This document shows, in pieces, positions 38,301-53,300 of a DNA stretch of 64,000 nt (its first letter is position 1; every line of letters begins with the position of its first letter). The position numbers and the translations under genes are program-made. The stretch comes from Arenicellales bacterium (lineage in GTDB: Bacteria > Pseudomonadota > Gammaproteobacteria > Arenicellales > JAJDZL01): NCBI GenBank assembly GCA_965116205.1, contig OZ220493.1:1412510-1476509 (forward strand), given 5' to 3'. Below the pieces are notes generated by a model. The model saw nothing but the letters and a program-made list of their open reading frames with translations. It searched no databases and was not told the DNA's origin.

Positions 38301-41300
38301 AAGGACATCGAAATAACGCTCAACGACGATGGTCTGGATGAAGCTGACGAGACTTTCACGGTGACCGTGGCGCTGGCCGATGGCAGCACACTGCCAGCTG
38401 GGTTCGCGCTGGACAATACGGTGACCATGGTGACCATTGTTGATGACGACGAAACGCCCGTACTGGAGGAGATTGCGGATGTGACAGTTGATGTGGGCCA
38501 GGATGTTGATATCACAGCGGTGGCGACAGATGGCGACAACGACGCAGTCAGCTATAGTTGGGCACGTAAGGCCGGTGAGACATCTCCGGCCATTCCGAGA
38601 AACACCAACCTGACAGCGGCGCGACTGACGTTCACTACGACATCGCGCGGCACTTATACGATGACGGTGACCGCGGCGGATGGCCATGGCAATTCAGATA
38701 CAGAAGAGGTGGTGATCACGGTCTACCTGCCGGTCCCCGTTGCACCAACAGGATTCCGCGCGCAAGCAGGTGATGCGGAGGTGGTGCTGTCTTGGAACAA
38801 TCCCAATAATCCGAGCATTGATGGCTGGGAGTATCAGCAGAAGGAGGGTAGCGGTAATTTTGGTGATTGGTTGCCTATTTCCGGTGCAGATGCTTCAACG
38901 ACGACGCACACGGTGACCGGTCTTACGAACGATGCGGTTTACACCTTTAAGATTCGTGCGATGAATGTTACAGGAGATGGTGACGAATCGACGGAGGCAA
39001 CAGCAACGCCGCGCCTTGCGCCGCCTGACAAACCAACCAAATTCACTGCTGTAGCGGGTGACATGAAGGTGACGCTGTCTTGGAAAGACCCGAAAAACGC
39101 CAGCATTATCCGCTGGGAATATCATCAATACGACGATGCTAATGAAATTGCTTCAGGGTGGCGGAGCATTCCCAATTCAGGTCCCAGCACCAAGACGTAC
39201 ACCGTGACCGGCCTGGCGAACACATTTACCTACGTGTTCAAGGTGCGGGCGGTGAATGTAGCCGGCAATGGTACCGAATCGGAAGAAATGGTAGCCATAC
39301 CAGAACTTCCCAGACCTAAAAAGCCACAAAGTATATCAGCCCTTCCGAGCAATCGTCAGATTGTACTGACTTGGGACAATGCAAACAACCCCAGTATTGA
39401 TGTCTGGGAATATCAGCAGAGGGAAGATGATGGTGATTTTGGTGAATGGTTGCCGTTTTCTGAGACATCCACTACCACCATGCACACGGTAACCAACTTG
39501 ACGAACGGCGTGACCTACGCGTTCAAGGTGCGGGCGGTGAATGCGTCCGGACCCGGCGACGAATCGGATGAAGTGACGGCGGTACCAATTCTGAAGCCAC
39601 CAAAACCGACCGGTTTCAGCGCTGACCCGGGAGATGGGCAGGTGACCCTGATTTGGACCAACCCGAATGATCAATTGATCGAAGGCTGGCAAGTGCAGTT
39701 CAAACTATCTATTCAGGTAGGATGGCCTACTCCTACTGAGGTTCCAGATGGCACAGCGACGGATTACGTGGTTAGGAATTTACAAAATCTTGAGTATGAT
39801 TTTCGCATTCGGGCGTACTACAGCGGCAGTAATTTTGGGCGCTGGTCAGACACGAGGTCCACAACTCCAGTACAAAAAGGCGTTACAGTTTCGACGTCAA
39901 AATTGACGGTGGACGAAGGTGGACAGGGTAAGTACACAGTGAAGCTCAACACCATTCCAACAAGTGAGGTGACGATTGACGTGTTGGTTGGGGCAGGTTC
40001 AGATGATGTTTCGGTAAAACCGAATCGTCTGACCTTCACCTCCAGAAACTGGAATAAGCCGAAGACGGTGAAAGTGTCAGCCGCCAAAGACGAGGATGCG
40101 GTAACGGAGGCTGCGGTGGAGCTGATGCATAGTGCTAAGGGCGGTGGCTATGATTCAGTAGGGATAGACTCGGTGACCGTGACCGTGACCGAGACCACAC
40201 CGATTCTACAGTTGCTAACTGACCCTGTGGCGGTGACCGAGGGAGCCGATATCAGCCTCACCGTAACCTCCAATCGTGCACTGACTGGAACTTTAGCGGT
40301 GAATCTGACATTAGCCGACCGCGGAGCAAGTGGTTTTTCAGCGGCGGACATTCAAGGTGAACTGGGCCCGCGCAATTTTGATGCGACGTTTGGCGATAGT
40401 CCATCCATGACCGGGACGGTGGTCATTCCGACAAGTGCTGATTCGGTTGGGGAGAATGCGGAAACCTATCAAATTACACTGAATGATACGGCTGAGTATG
40501 AATTGGGTAACGATACGACGGCTGATGGTACATTAAATGACGATGGCAAGGGCGTGGTGCCGGCCACCCTCGTGTCGGTGCCGGCGACGCTAACGGTGAC
40601 CGAAGGGACCGATGCGAATGCGACGGTGACGATCACGTCGGGTGTGGCGTTCGGCCAGGCAGTGACCTTCAATGTCACCTACGGGGGCACGGCGACTGGC
40701 GCGGCGGTGCCAGGTGCCGGCGACGACTACGACAGCGATGCGGCGACGCAGGTGCAGTTCAATGCGACTGACACCACGAAGGACATCGTCATTCCGCTCA
40801 ACGATGATGCGCTGAACGAGGCGGCGGAGACCATCACGGTGACCGTGGCGGTGGTCGGCGGCAGACTACCGGACGGGTTCGCGCTGGGCAATGCGGTGAC
40901 CACGGTAACCATCACCGATGACGATGATGTCCCGACGGTGAGCATTGCCAATGCGGCGGCGGTGACCGAAGGCGACAGTGGCGATGCGACGATGACGTTC
41001 AATGTTTCGCTGTCGGCGGCGAGTGGCCGGGCGGTGACGGTGGACTATGCGGTGGATGCCGCGACGACGGCGACCGCGGGTACGGATTTCACGGCGGTGT
41101 CGGGCACGCTGACGTTCAGTGCCGGTCAGACACAGAAGCCGATTGCGGTCACCGTCAAGGGAGACACGCTGGATGAGGCGGATGAGACGGTGGTGGTGAA
41201 GCTGTCGAATCAGGCCAACGCCACTTTGGGTACGGCCACCGGCAGTGGCACCATCACCGATGATGACACGCTGAGTACGAGCTGGGCGTTGAGTGTGACC

Positions 41301-44300
41301 CCGGCCACGGTGACCGAGGCCAGTGGCACCACGGCGGTGACGGTGACGGCGACGCGCGCGGGCACGGCGACGTCGACGACGGCCACCACCATCGCCATTG
41401 CGGTGACCAGTGGCACGGCGACGGCGGGCAACGATTTCAGCGAGGTGACCGGTTTCAACCTCACGGTGGCGGCCGGGGCGACGTCGGGCACGGCGAATTT
41501 CGATCTCGTCGTGACCGCCGACAGTCTGAGCGAGGTGAATGAAACGGTAACTGTCGGTGGTACTTTGCAGGGCAACACGTTCAATGGCACCACGGTGACC
41601 ATCACCGATGACGATGCGGTGCCGACGCTGAGCATCGCGGCGCCGATTGCGGCGGTGACCGAAGGCGACAGCGGCAGTACGAGCATGACGTTCACCGTCA
41701 CGCTGGGAGCCGTCAGCGGCCGGTCGGTGACGGTCGATTATGCGGTGGATGTCGCATCGACGGCGGCGGGCACGGATTTCACCGGGGGTGCCGGTACTTT
41801 GACTTTTGCGGCTGGTGAGACACAGCAGTCGATCACCGTCAGCGTCACCGGTGATGAGCTGGACGAGGTGGATGAGACAGTGGTGCTGAAGCTGTCGAAT
41901 CCCACCCACGCAACCATCGGTACTGCCACGGCGACGGGGACCATTACTGATGATGATGCTTCGCCGGTGCTGGCGGCGCTGTCGGCCGTATCGAAGAAGG
42001 TTGGTCAGACGGTGACCGTCGTGGCGTCAGCCACTGATGCCGATGCCGACACGATCAGCTATGCCTGGACGAAAGACAGCGGTCCGGCGCTGCCATCCGG
42101 TACTAAGTTCGATGTGGCGACGCTGACGTTCACGGCGGCTACGGTCGGTGCCTATGTGCTGACGGTGACCGCTTCGGACGGTAATGACAATGAAGACACC
42201 AAGACGGTCACCGTTACGGTCTCCGCCGCGGATACGGTGTCGGTGCCGAAGCAGGTGACGGTGGCCGAAGGCGGTGGCAGTGTGACGGTGAAGGTGGCGG
42301 CCAGTGCGGCACTGGGTCAGGCGGTGACCTTAGATGTGACCTATGGTGGTGCGGCCAGTCAAACGGCGGACTACGATGCCACGGCCGTTACATCGGTCGA
42401 TTTCGGCACGACGGACACGTTCAAGAACATCGTCATTCCGATTACCGATGACCGGTTGGATGAGGTGGATGAAACCTTCACGGTCACCATTGCGTTGGCG
42501 GGCAGTAGCACGCTACCGGCCGGCGTCATACTGGGCAATGCGGTGACCACGGTGACGATTACCGACAACGACACGGTGAGCACGAACTGGGCGTTGAGTG
42601 TGGAGCCGGCCACGGTGACCGAGGCGAGTGGCACCACGGCGGTGACGGTGACAGCGACGCGGGCCGGCACGGTGACCGCGGCGACGTCCACGACCCTTGC
42701 CATTGCGGTGACCGGGGGCACGGCGACGGCGGGGACCGATTTCGATGCGGTGACCGGTTTCAACATCATGGTAGCCGCCGGGGCGACGTCGGGTGAAGCG
42801 GATTTCGATCTCATGGTCACCGCCGACACTCTTGATGAGGTGGATGAGACGCTAACCGTCGGCGGCACGCTGTCCGGTGCCACGGTGTCCGGCACCACGG
42901 TGACCATCACCGATGATGATGCGCCGCCGGCACTGAGCATTGTGGCGCCGAGTGCGGCGGTGACCGAAGGCGACAGTGGCAGTACGGACATGACGTTCAG
43001 CGTCACGCTGGGGGCGGCCAGCGGTCGGTCGGTGACGGTGGACTATGCGGTGGATGCTACGTCAACGGCGGCCGCGGGTACGGATTTCACCGGGGGTGCC
43101 GGCACCTTGACCTTTGCCCCCGGCACGACACAGCAGTCGATCACCGTCAGCGTCACCGGCGATGAGCTGGACGAGGACGACGAGACGGTGGTGCTGAAGT
43201 TGTCGGATGCCACCCATGCGAGCATTGGTAGCGCCACGGCGATGGGGACCATCACCGATGATGACGCATCGCCGGTGCTGGCCGCACTTGAGAATGAGAC
43301 GGTGGCGACGGGAGGGACGGTGTCGGTGACGGCAGCGGCCACCGATGCCGACGGTGATACTGTAACGTATGTCTGGACGCGCAAGACCGGGGAGACAACT
43401 CCGGCACTGCCGAGCACCACCATGGATGCGGCGACGCTGTCCTTCACGGCGGGTACGGCCGGTGTCTATACGATGACGGTGACGGCCTCGGACGGCAACG
43501 GCAATTCAGCCACCGCGACGGTGGTGATCACGGTGACGGCGAAGGTCGTGGTGTCGGTGCCGAAGAACCTGACGGTGACCGAGGGTGACGATACCAGGGC
43601 ACGGGTGACCATTGCCACGGCCACGGCGTTCGGCGAGTCGGTCACCTTCGATGTCACTTACACCGATGGCACGGCGACCGGGCATGGTACGCTGGCCAGT
43701 GGCGATTATGACAACGATGCGGTGACTTCGGTCACGTTCAGCGGCACGGATACGGAGCAACACATCGATGTGCCGCTCAACGATGATGATTTGGATGAAG
43801 TGAGTGAGCGGTTTACGGTGGGCATTGCGCTGGCCACTGGCAGCACGCTGCCGGCGACGCATACGCTGGGCAATGCGGTGACCCGGGTGACCATCAATGA
43901 CGATGATGAGCCGCCGACGGTGAGCATTGCCGATGCGGCGGCGGTGACCGAAGGCGACAGTGGCGAGGCGATGATGACGTTCAATGTTTCGCTGTCGGCG
44001 GCGAGTGGCCGGGCGGTGACGGTGGACTATGCGGTGGATGCCGCGTCGACGGCGATGGCGGGTACGGATTTCACGGCGGTGTCGGGCACGCTGACGTTCA
44101 GTGCCGGTCAGACGCAGCAGTCGGTCGCGGTCACCGTCAAGGGTGACACGCTGGATGAGGCGGATGAGACGGTGGTGGTGAAGCTGTCGAATCAGGCCAA
44201 CGCCACTTTGGGTGCGGCCACCGGCAGTGGCACCATCACCGATGATGACACGCTGAGTACGAGCTGGGCGTTGAGTGTGACCCCGGCCACGGTGACCGAG

Positions 44301-47300
44301 GCCAGTGGCACCACGGCGGTGACGGTGACGGCGACGCGCGCGGGCACGGCGACGTCGACGACGGCCACCACCATCGCCATTGCGGTGACCAGTGGCACGG
44401 CGACGGCGGGCAACGATTTCAGCGAGGTGACGGATTTTGACCTCACGGTGGCCGCCGGGGCGACGTCGGGCACCGCGGATTTCGATCTCACCGTCACCGC
44501 CGACAGTCAGGACGAGGTCAATGAGACGGTGGCCGTCGATGGCACGCTGTCGAGCAACACGGTCACCGGCACCACGGTGACCATCACCGATGACGATGCC
44601 ATACCGGCACTGAGCATCGCGGCGCCGAGTGCGGCGGTGACCGAAGGCGACAGCGGCAGTACGGACATGACGTTCACCGTCACGCTGGGGGTCGTCAGCG
44701 GACGGCCGGTGACGGTCGATTATGCGGTGGATGCCACGGCGACGGCGACGGGTACGGATTTCACCGGGGGTGCCGGCACGCTGACGTTCAATGCCGGTGA
44801 GACACGGAAGTCGATCACCGTCAGCGTCACCGGTGATGAGCTGGACGAGGCGGACGAGACGGTGGTGCTGAAGCTGTCGGATGCCACCAATGCGAGCATT
44901 GGCACCGCCACGGCGACGGGGACCATTACCGATGATGATGCGCCGCCGGCACTGAGCATCGCGGCACCGAGTGCGGCGGTGACCGAAGGCGACAGTGGCA
45001 GTACGGACATGACGTTCACCGTCACGCTGGGGGCGGCCAGCGGTCGGTCGGTGACGGTGGACTATGCGGTGGATGCTACGTCAACGGCGGCCGCGGGTAC
45101 GGATTTCACCGGGGGTGCCGGCACCTTGACCTTTGCCCCCGGCACGACACAGCAGTCGATCACCGTCAGCGTCACCGGCGATGAGCTGGACGAGGACGAC
45201 GAGACGGTGGTGCTGAAGTTGTCGGATGCCACCCATGCGAGCATTGGTAGCGCCACGGCGATGGGGACCATCACCGATGATGACGCATCGCCGGTGCTGG
45301 CCGCACTTGAGAATGAGACGGTGGCGACGGGAGGGACGGTGTCGGTGACGGCAGCGGCCACCGATGCCGACGGTGATACTGTAACGTATGTCTGGACGCG
45401 CAAGACCGGGGAGACAACTCCGGCACTGCCGAGCACCACCATGGATGCGGCGACGCTGTCCTTCACGGCGGGTACGGCCGGTGTCTATACGATGACGGTG
45501 ACGGCCTCGGACGGCAACGGCAATTCAGCCACCGCGACGGTGGTGATCACGGTGACGGCGAAGGTCGTGGTGTCGGTGCCGAAGAACCTGACGGTGACCG
45601 AGGGTGACGATACCAGGGCACGGGTGACCATTGCCACGGCCACGGCGTTCGGCGAGTCGGTCACCTTCGACGTCACTTACACCGATGGCACGGCGACCGG
45701 GCATGGTACGCTGGCCAGTGGCGATTATGACAACGATGCGGTGACTTCGGTCACGTTCAGCGGCACGGATACGGAGCAACACATTGATGTGCCGCTCAAC
45801 GATGATGATTTGGATGAAGTGAGTGAGCGATTTACGGTGGGTATTGCGCTGGCCACTGGCAGCACGCTGCCGGCGACGCATACGCTGGGCAATGCGGTGA
45901 CCCGGGTGACCATCAATGACGATGATGAGCCGCCGACGGTGAGCATTGCCAATGCGGCGGCGGTGACCGAAGGCGACAGTGGCGAGGCGACGATGACGTT
46001 CAATGTTTCGCTGTCGGCGGCCAGCGGTCGGGCGGTGACGGTGGACTATGCGGTGGATGCCGCGACGACGGCGACCGCGGGTACGGATTTCACGGCGGTG
46101 TCGGGCACGCTGACGTTCAGTGCCGGTCAGACACAGAAGCCGATTGCGGTCACCGTCAAGGGAGACACGCTGGATGAGGCGGATGAGACGGTGGTGGTGA
46201 AGCTGTCGAATCAGGCCAACGCCACTTTGGGTACGGCCACCGGCAGTGGCACCATCACCGATGATGACACGCTGAGTACGAGCTGGGCGTTGAGTGTGAC
46301 CCCGGCCACGGTGACCGAGGCCAGTGGCACCACGGCGGTGACGGTGACGGCGACGCGCGCGGGCACGGCGACGTCGACGACGGCCACCACCATCGCCATT
46401 GCGGTGACCAGTGGCACGGCGACGGCGGGCAACGATTTCAGCGAGGTGACCGGTTTCAACCTCACGGTGGCGGCCGGGGCGACGTCGGGCACCGTGGATT
46501 TCAATCTCACTGTTACTGCTGATAGTCGGGACGAAGCGGATGAGACGGTGGCCGTCAATGGCACGCTGTCGAGCAACACGGTCACCGGCACCACGGTGAC
46601 CATTACTGATGACGATGCGACGCCGGTGCTGGCGGAGATTCCTAATGAGACGGTGAAGTTGGGTCAGGCGGTGACCATCACCGCGGTGGCGACCGAAGAC
46701 GATGGTGACACGGTCACGTACGTCTGGTCGCGCAAGCCCGGAGAAACGATGCCGGTCATACCGAACGGCACGGCACTGAATCAGGCACGGCTGACATTCA
46801 CGCCGCCGGCGGCGGGCACTTACACGATGACGGTCACGGCGTCGGATGGCAATGGCAACACGGACACCGAAGAGGTGACGATCACGGTGACGGCATCCAC
46901 GGCGAGTGTAGCTGCCGCGGTACCGGTGCCGGCGCAACCAACGGGTTTGACGACAAAGGTGAACCCAAATAACGGGATCATACTTTCTTGGACAGCAACT
47001 GGTGATACGACTATCACCGGTTGGGAGTATCGTATTAAAGAATTGTTAGCCGCGAGTCCTGCTTGGGGAAATAGCGTCAGAATTTTAGGGGCTGATTCTG
47101 GGACAAGAACAGTTGAAGTTTACACAAGAGCCAATTTCTGGCATGGCCAAAAACTGGAATTCCAAGTACGATCGGTCAACATATCTGGAAATAGTCCTTG
47201 GTCAAGAATAGCTTCTGCGACGGTTAGTAACTCTTGGAATTTATCATTTGAGGTTAAACCGGCTGAAATTAGAGTTGTCCAAGGTGAAACTGCTACCTAC

Positions 47301-50300
47301 ACATTGACAAATGTGGGGTACGGAGTCCCGGGAAGGGCTGAGCTTTCCAGTCGGGACAGTAGTGTCGCTACAGTACCTTCGACTGTGAACTTTGAAAGTA
47401 CCCGCGAAACATCCAAGCAAGTCACGGTAACAGGGGTTGCAGTTGGTAGTACGGTCATATCTCACGACGCCTTCTATCACAAATGGGGTAGCAGGCCAAT
47501 CAATTCCTTCGCCTCATTTGAGAACATGGCTACGGTCAAGGTGAGGGTGGTACCACAAAAACCTGCCAAGCCGACGGGCTTGACCGCCAGAGCGGGTAAC
47601 GCACAGGTCACACTCAGCTGGACAGACCCCGGTAATTCCGACATTACGGGGTGGGAGTATCAGCGAAAGATAAACTCCAGTATATACAGTTACCGTCCTT
47701 GGGTCCCCATACCGGATTCAAGTGCCAGTACAACGAGCTATACGGTAAAAAATCTGACTGGAAATGTGAGTTATGCTTTCAGAATTCGGGCAGTTAATGA
47801 TGCGGGTGGTAGTCCGCCCTCAGATGCGGCCGTAGCACAAGTACAGTACCAAGCCCCCGCTAAACCTATCGGGTTAAAGGCGACCGCGGATGATAAACAG
47901 ATTACGCTCAGTTGGACAAATCCCATCAATCCTAGCATTTCACGATGGGAGTATCAGCAAAAAGCCGGCGCGGGAAGGTATGGTGGTTGGATCAAAATGC
48001 AAGATTCGAATGCGGCCACGTGGAGATACACGGTACGGAATTTGAATAATGGTACGAACTATACATTTAAGATCCGGGCAGTGAATGTCACGTCTCAAGC
48101 AAGTGCACCCTCCGACGAAGTGACGATCGCACCGGTTGTGCCATCTATAGTCTCGGTGCCGGCGACTCTAATGGTGGCTGAGGGTGCTGGTAATGCAACG
48201 GTGACCATCACCACGGCTGCGGCCTTCAGTCAATCGGTGACGTTCGATGTCACCTATGGTGGCAGTTCGGCGACCGGGGCGAACAATCCGGCGAATGGTG
48301 ACTACGACAACGATGCGGTGACCGCGGTGACGTTCGGTGTGAGCGACACGACGAAGGACATTGTCATTCCGATCACTGATGATAGTCGCGACGAAAAAAA
48401 TGAAACGTTTACGGTAACAATTGCTCCAGCTGCTGACCTACCACATGGGTTTAAGTTGGGCACCACGAAGACTACCGTAACCATCACCGACGACGATGAA
48501 TCACCAGTACTAGCTGAAATTAATGATGTCACGATCAAATTAGGTGAGACGGTGAATATCACGGCCTCGGCGACCGATGGCGACAGTGACACGATCACTT
48601 ATGTTTGGACGAGATTGAATGGTGAAACGATACCGGTCTTACCGAGCGGCACTGACCTGACTAAGGCGCGTTTGACCTTCACGCCCTTGGTAGGTGGTGT
48701 AAGTCCTTTTGTAGGTTCTAGTGCGAGTTACACGATGACGGTGACGGCGACGGATAGCGACGGTAATAAGGACACCGAGCAGGTGGCGATCACGGTAGAT
48801 GAAGAGGTCGCAGTATCGGTGCCAGTGTCAGTGTCAGTGACAGAGGGGACAGATGCGAATGCGCGAATAACAATAACACCATCATCAACATTTAATAGTG
48901 CGACAACCTTCAACGTTAGTTACAGTGACGGTACGGCAACCGGGGCGAATGTTCCATCTGATGGTGACTATGACAATGATGCGGTGACACAGGTGACTCT
49001 CAGTGCGGGCGACACCGAGAAACACATTGACATCCCGATCACCGATGATGATCTGGATGAAGACGACGAGACGTTCACGGTGACAGTTGCGGCCGCCGCC
49101 GCTCTACCCGGTGGATTCGAACTGAGTAAGACCACGGTGACCATCACCGATGATGATGAGTCGCCGGAGCTGGCGGCACTGGACGATGTCACGGTGCAGC
49201 TGGGTCAGGCGGTGGATGTGACGGCATCGGCGACCGATGGCGATGGCGACACGGTCACTTATGCCTGGACGCGCAAGACCGGGGAAACGGTGCCGGCCAT
49301 CCCGAACGGCACGGCACTGAATGCGGCGCGGCTGACGTTCACGCCACCGGCGGCGGGCACTTACACGATGACGGTGACGGCGTCCGATGGCAATGACAAT
49401 ACGGACACTGCGGAGGTGACCATTACGGTGTCGGCGGCGGCCGTGGTGTCGGTGCCGGCGACGCTGACGGTGGCCGAGGCGGTGGGCGATGCGACGGTGA
49501 CGGTGACCACCACGGCGGCGTTCGGTGAATCGGTGACGCTGAATGTCACTTATGGTGGCAGTTCGGCGACCGGGGCCAGTAATCCGGCGAGTGGCGACTA
49601 CGACAATGATGCGGTGACCGCGGTGACGTTCGGTGCGGCGGACACCACGAAGGACATTGACATTCCGATCACCGATGATGATCTGGATGAAGCAGCTGAG
49701 ACGTTCACGGTGACCATTGCGGCGGCTTCGAGCGGGCTGCCGGCCGGCTGGGCGCTGGGTACCAAGAAGACCACGGTGACCATCACCGATGACGATGAGT
49801 CGCCGGAGCTGGCGGCACTGGACGATGTCACGGTGCAGCTGGGTCAGGCGGTGGATGTGACGGCGGTGGCGACCGATGGCGATGGCGACACGGTCACTTA
49901 TGCCTGGACGCGCAAGACCGGGGAAACGGTGCCGGCCATCCCGAACGGTACGACACTGAATGCGGCGCGGCTGACGTTCACGCCACCGGCGGCGGGCACT
50001 TACACGATGACGGTGACGGCGTCCGATGGCAATGACAATACGGACACTGCGGAGGTGACCATTACGGTGTCGGCGGCGGCCGTGGTGTCGGTGCCGGCGA
50101 CGCTGACGGTGGCCGAGGCGGTGGGCGATGCGACGGTGACGGTGACCACCACGGCGGCGTTCGGTGAATCGGTGACGCTGAATGTCACCTATGGTGGCAG
50201 TTCGGCGACCGGGGCCAGTAATCCGGCGAGTGGCGACTATGACAATGATGCGGTGACTGCGGTGACGTTCGGTGCGGCGGACACCACGAAGGACATTGAC

Positions 50301-53300
50301 ATTCCGATCACCGATGATGATCTGGATGAAGCAGCTGAGACGTTCACGGTGACCATTGCGGCGGCTTCGAGCGGGCTGCCGGCCGGCTGGACGCTGGGTA
50401 CCAAGAAGACCACGGTGACCATCACCGATGACGATGAGTCGCCGGAGCTGGCGGCACTGGACGATGTCACGGTGCAGCTGGGTCAGGCGGTGGATGTGAC
50501 GGCGGCGGCGACCGATGGCGATGGCGACACGGTCACTTATGCCTGGACGCGCAAGACCGGGGAAACGGTGCCGGCCATCCCGAACGGCACGGCACTGAAT
50601 GCGGCGCGGCTGACGTTCACGCCACCGGCGGCGGGCACTTACACGATGACGGTGACGGCGTCCGATGGCAATGACAATACGGACACTGCGGAGGTGACCA
50701 TTACGGTGTCGGCGGCGGCCGTGGTGTCGGTGCCGGCGACGCTGACGGTGGCCGAGGCGGTGGGCGATGCGACGGTGACGGTGACCACCACGGCGGCGTT
50801 CGGTGAATCGGTGACGCTGAATGTCACCTATGGTGGCAGTTCGGCGACCGGGGCCAGTAATCCGGCGAGTGGCGACTATGACAATGATGCGGTGACTGCG
50901 GTGACGTTCGGTGCGGCGGACACCACGAAGGACATTGACATTCCGATTACCGATGATGATCTGGATGAAGCAGCTGAGACGTTCACGGTGACCATTGCGG
51001 CAGCTTCGAGCGGGCTGCCGGCCGGCTGGACGCTGGGTACCAAGAAGACCACGGTGACCATCACCGATGACGATGAGTCGCCGGAGCTGGCGGCACTGGA
51101 CGATGTCACGGTGCAGCTGGGTCAGGCGGTGGATGTGACGGCGGCGGCGACCGATGGCGATGGCGACACGGTCACTTATGCCTGGACGCGCAAGACCGGG
51201 GAAACGGTGCCGGCCATCCCGAACGGCACGGCACTGAATGCGGCGCGGCTGACGTTCACGCCACCGGCGGCGGGCACTTACACGATGACGGTGACGGCGT
51301 CCGATAACAATGACAATACGGACACTGCGGAGGTGACCATTACGGTGTCGGCGGCGGCCGTGGTGTCGGTGCCGGCGACGCTGACGGTGGCCGAATCGGT
51401 GGGCGATGCGACGGTGACGGTGACCACCACGGCGGCGTTCGGTGAATCGGTGACGCTGAATGTCACCTATGGTGGCAGTTCGGCGACCGGGGCCAGTAAT
51501 CCGGCGAGTGGCGACTATGACAATGATGCGGTGACCGCGGTGACGTTCGGTGCGGCGGACACCACGAAGGACATTGACATTCCGATCACCGATGATGATC
51601 TGGATGAAGCAGCTGAGACGTTCACGGTGACCATTGCGGCGGCTTCGAGCGGGCTGCCGGCCGGCTGGACGCTGGGCACCAAGAAGACCACGGTGACCAT
51701 CACCGATGACGATGAGTCGCCGGAGCTGGCGGCACTGGACGATGTCACGGTGCAGCTGGGTCAGGCGGTGGATGTGACGGCGGCGGCGACCGATGGCGAT
51801 GGCGACACGGTCACTTATGCCTGGACGCGCAAGACCGGGGAAACGGTGCCGGCCATCCCGAACGGCACGGCACTGAATGCGGCGCGGCTGACGTTCACGC
51901 CACCGGCGGCGGGCACTTACACGATGACGGTGACGGCGTCCGATGGCAATGACAATACGGACACTGCGGAGGTGACCATTACGGTGTCGGCGGCGGCCGT
52001 GGTGTCGGTGCCGGCGACGCTGACGGTGGCCGAGGCGGTGGGCGATGCGACGGTGACGGTGACCACCACGGCGGCGTTCGGTGAATCGGTGACGCTGAAT
52101 GTCACCTATGGTGGCAGTTCGGCGACCGGGGCCAGTAATCCGGCGAGTGGCGACTATGACAATGATGCGGTGACCGCGGTGACGTTCGGTGCGGCGGACA
52201 CCACGAAGGACATTGACATTCCGATCACCGATGATGATCTGGATGAAGCAGCTGAGACGTTCACGGTGACCATTGCGGCAGCTTCGAGCGGGCTGCCGGC
52301 CGGCTGGACGCTGGGCACCAAGAAGACCACGGTGACCATCACCGATGACGATGAGTCGCCGGAGCTGGCGGCACTGGACGATGTCACGGTGCAGCTGGGT
52401 CAGGCGGTGGATGTGACGGCGGCGGCGACCGATGGCGATGGCGACACGGTCACTTATGCCTGGACGCGCAAGACCGGGGAAACGGTGCCGGCCATCCCGA
52501 ACGGCACGGCACTGAATGCGGCGCGGCTGACGTTCACGCCACCGGCGGCGGGCACTTACACGATGACGGTGACGGCGTCCGATGGCAATGACAATACGGA
52601 CACTGCGGAGGTGACCATTACGGTGTCGGCGGCGGCCGTGGTGTCGGTGCCGGCGACGCTGACGGTGGCCGAGGCGGTGGGCGATGCGACGGTGACGGTG
52701 ACCACCACGGCGGCGTTCGGTGAATCGGTGACGCTGAATGTCACCTATGGTGGCAGTTCGGCGACCGGGGCCAGTAATCCGGCGAGTGGCGACTATGACA
52801 ATGATGCGGTGACTGCGGTGACGTTCGGTGCGGCGGACACCACGAAGGACATTGACATTCCGATCACCGATGATGATCTGGATGAAGCAGCTGAGACGTT
52901 CACGGTGACCATTGCGGCGGCTTCGAGCGGGCTGCCGGCCGGCTGGACGCTGGGTACCAAGAAGACCACGGTGACCATCACCGATGACGATGAGTCGCCG
53001 GAGCTGGCGGCACTGGACGATGTCACGGTGCAGCTGGGTCAGGCGGTGGATGTGACGGCATCGGCGACCGATGGCGATGGCGACACGGTCACTTATGCCT
53101 GGACGCGCAAGACCGGGGAAACGGTGCCGGCCATCCCGAACGGCACGGCACTGAATGCGGCGCGGCTGACGTTCACGCCACCGGCGGCGGGCACTTACAC
53201 GATGACGGTGACGGCGTCCGATGGCAATGACAATACGGACACTGCGGAGGTGACCATTACGGTGTCGGCGGCGGCCGTGGTGTCGGTGCCGGCGACGCTG

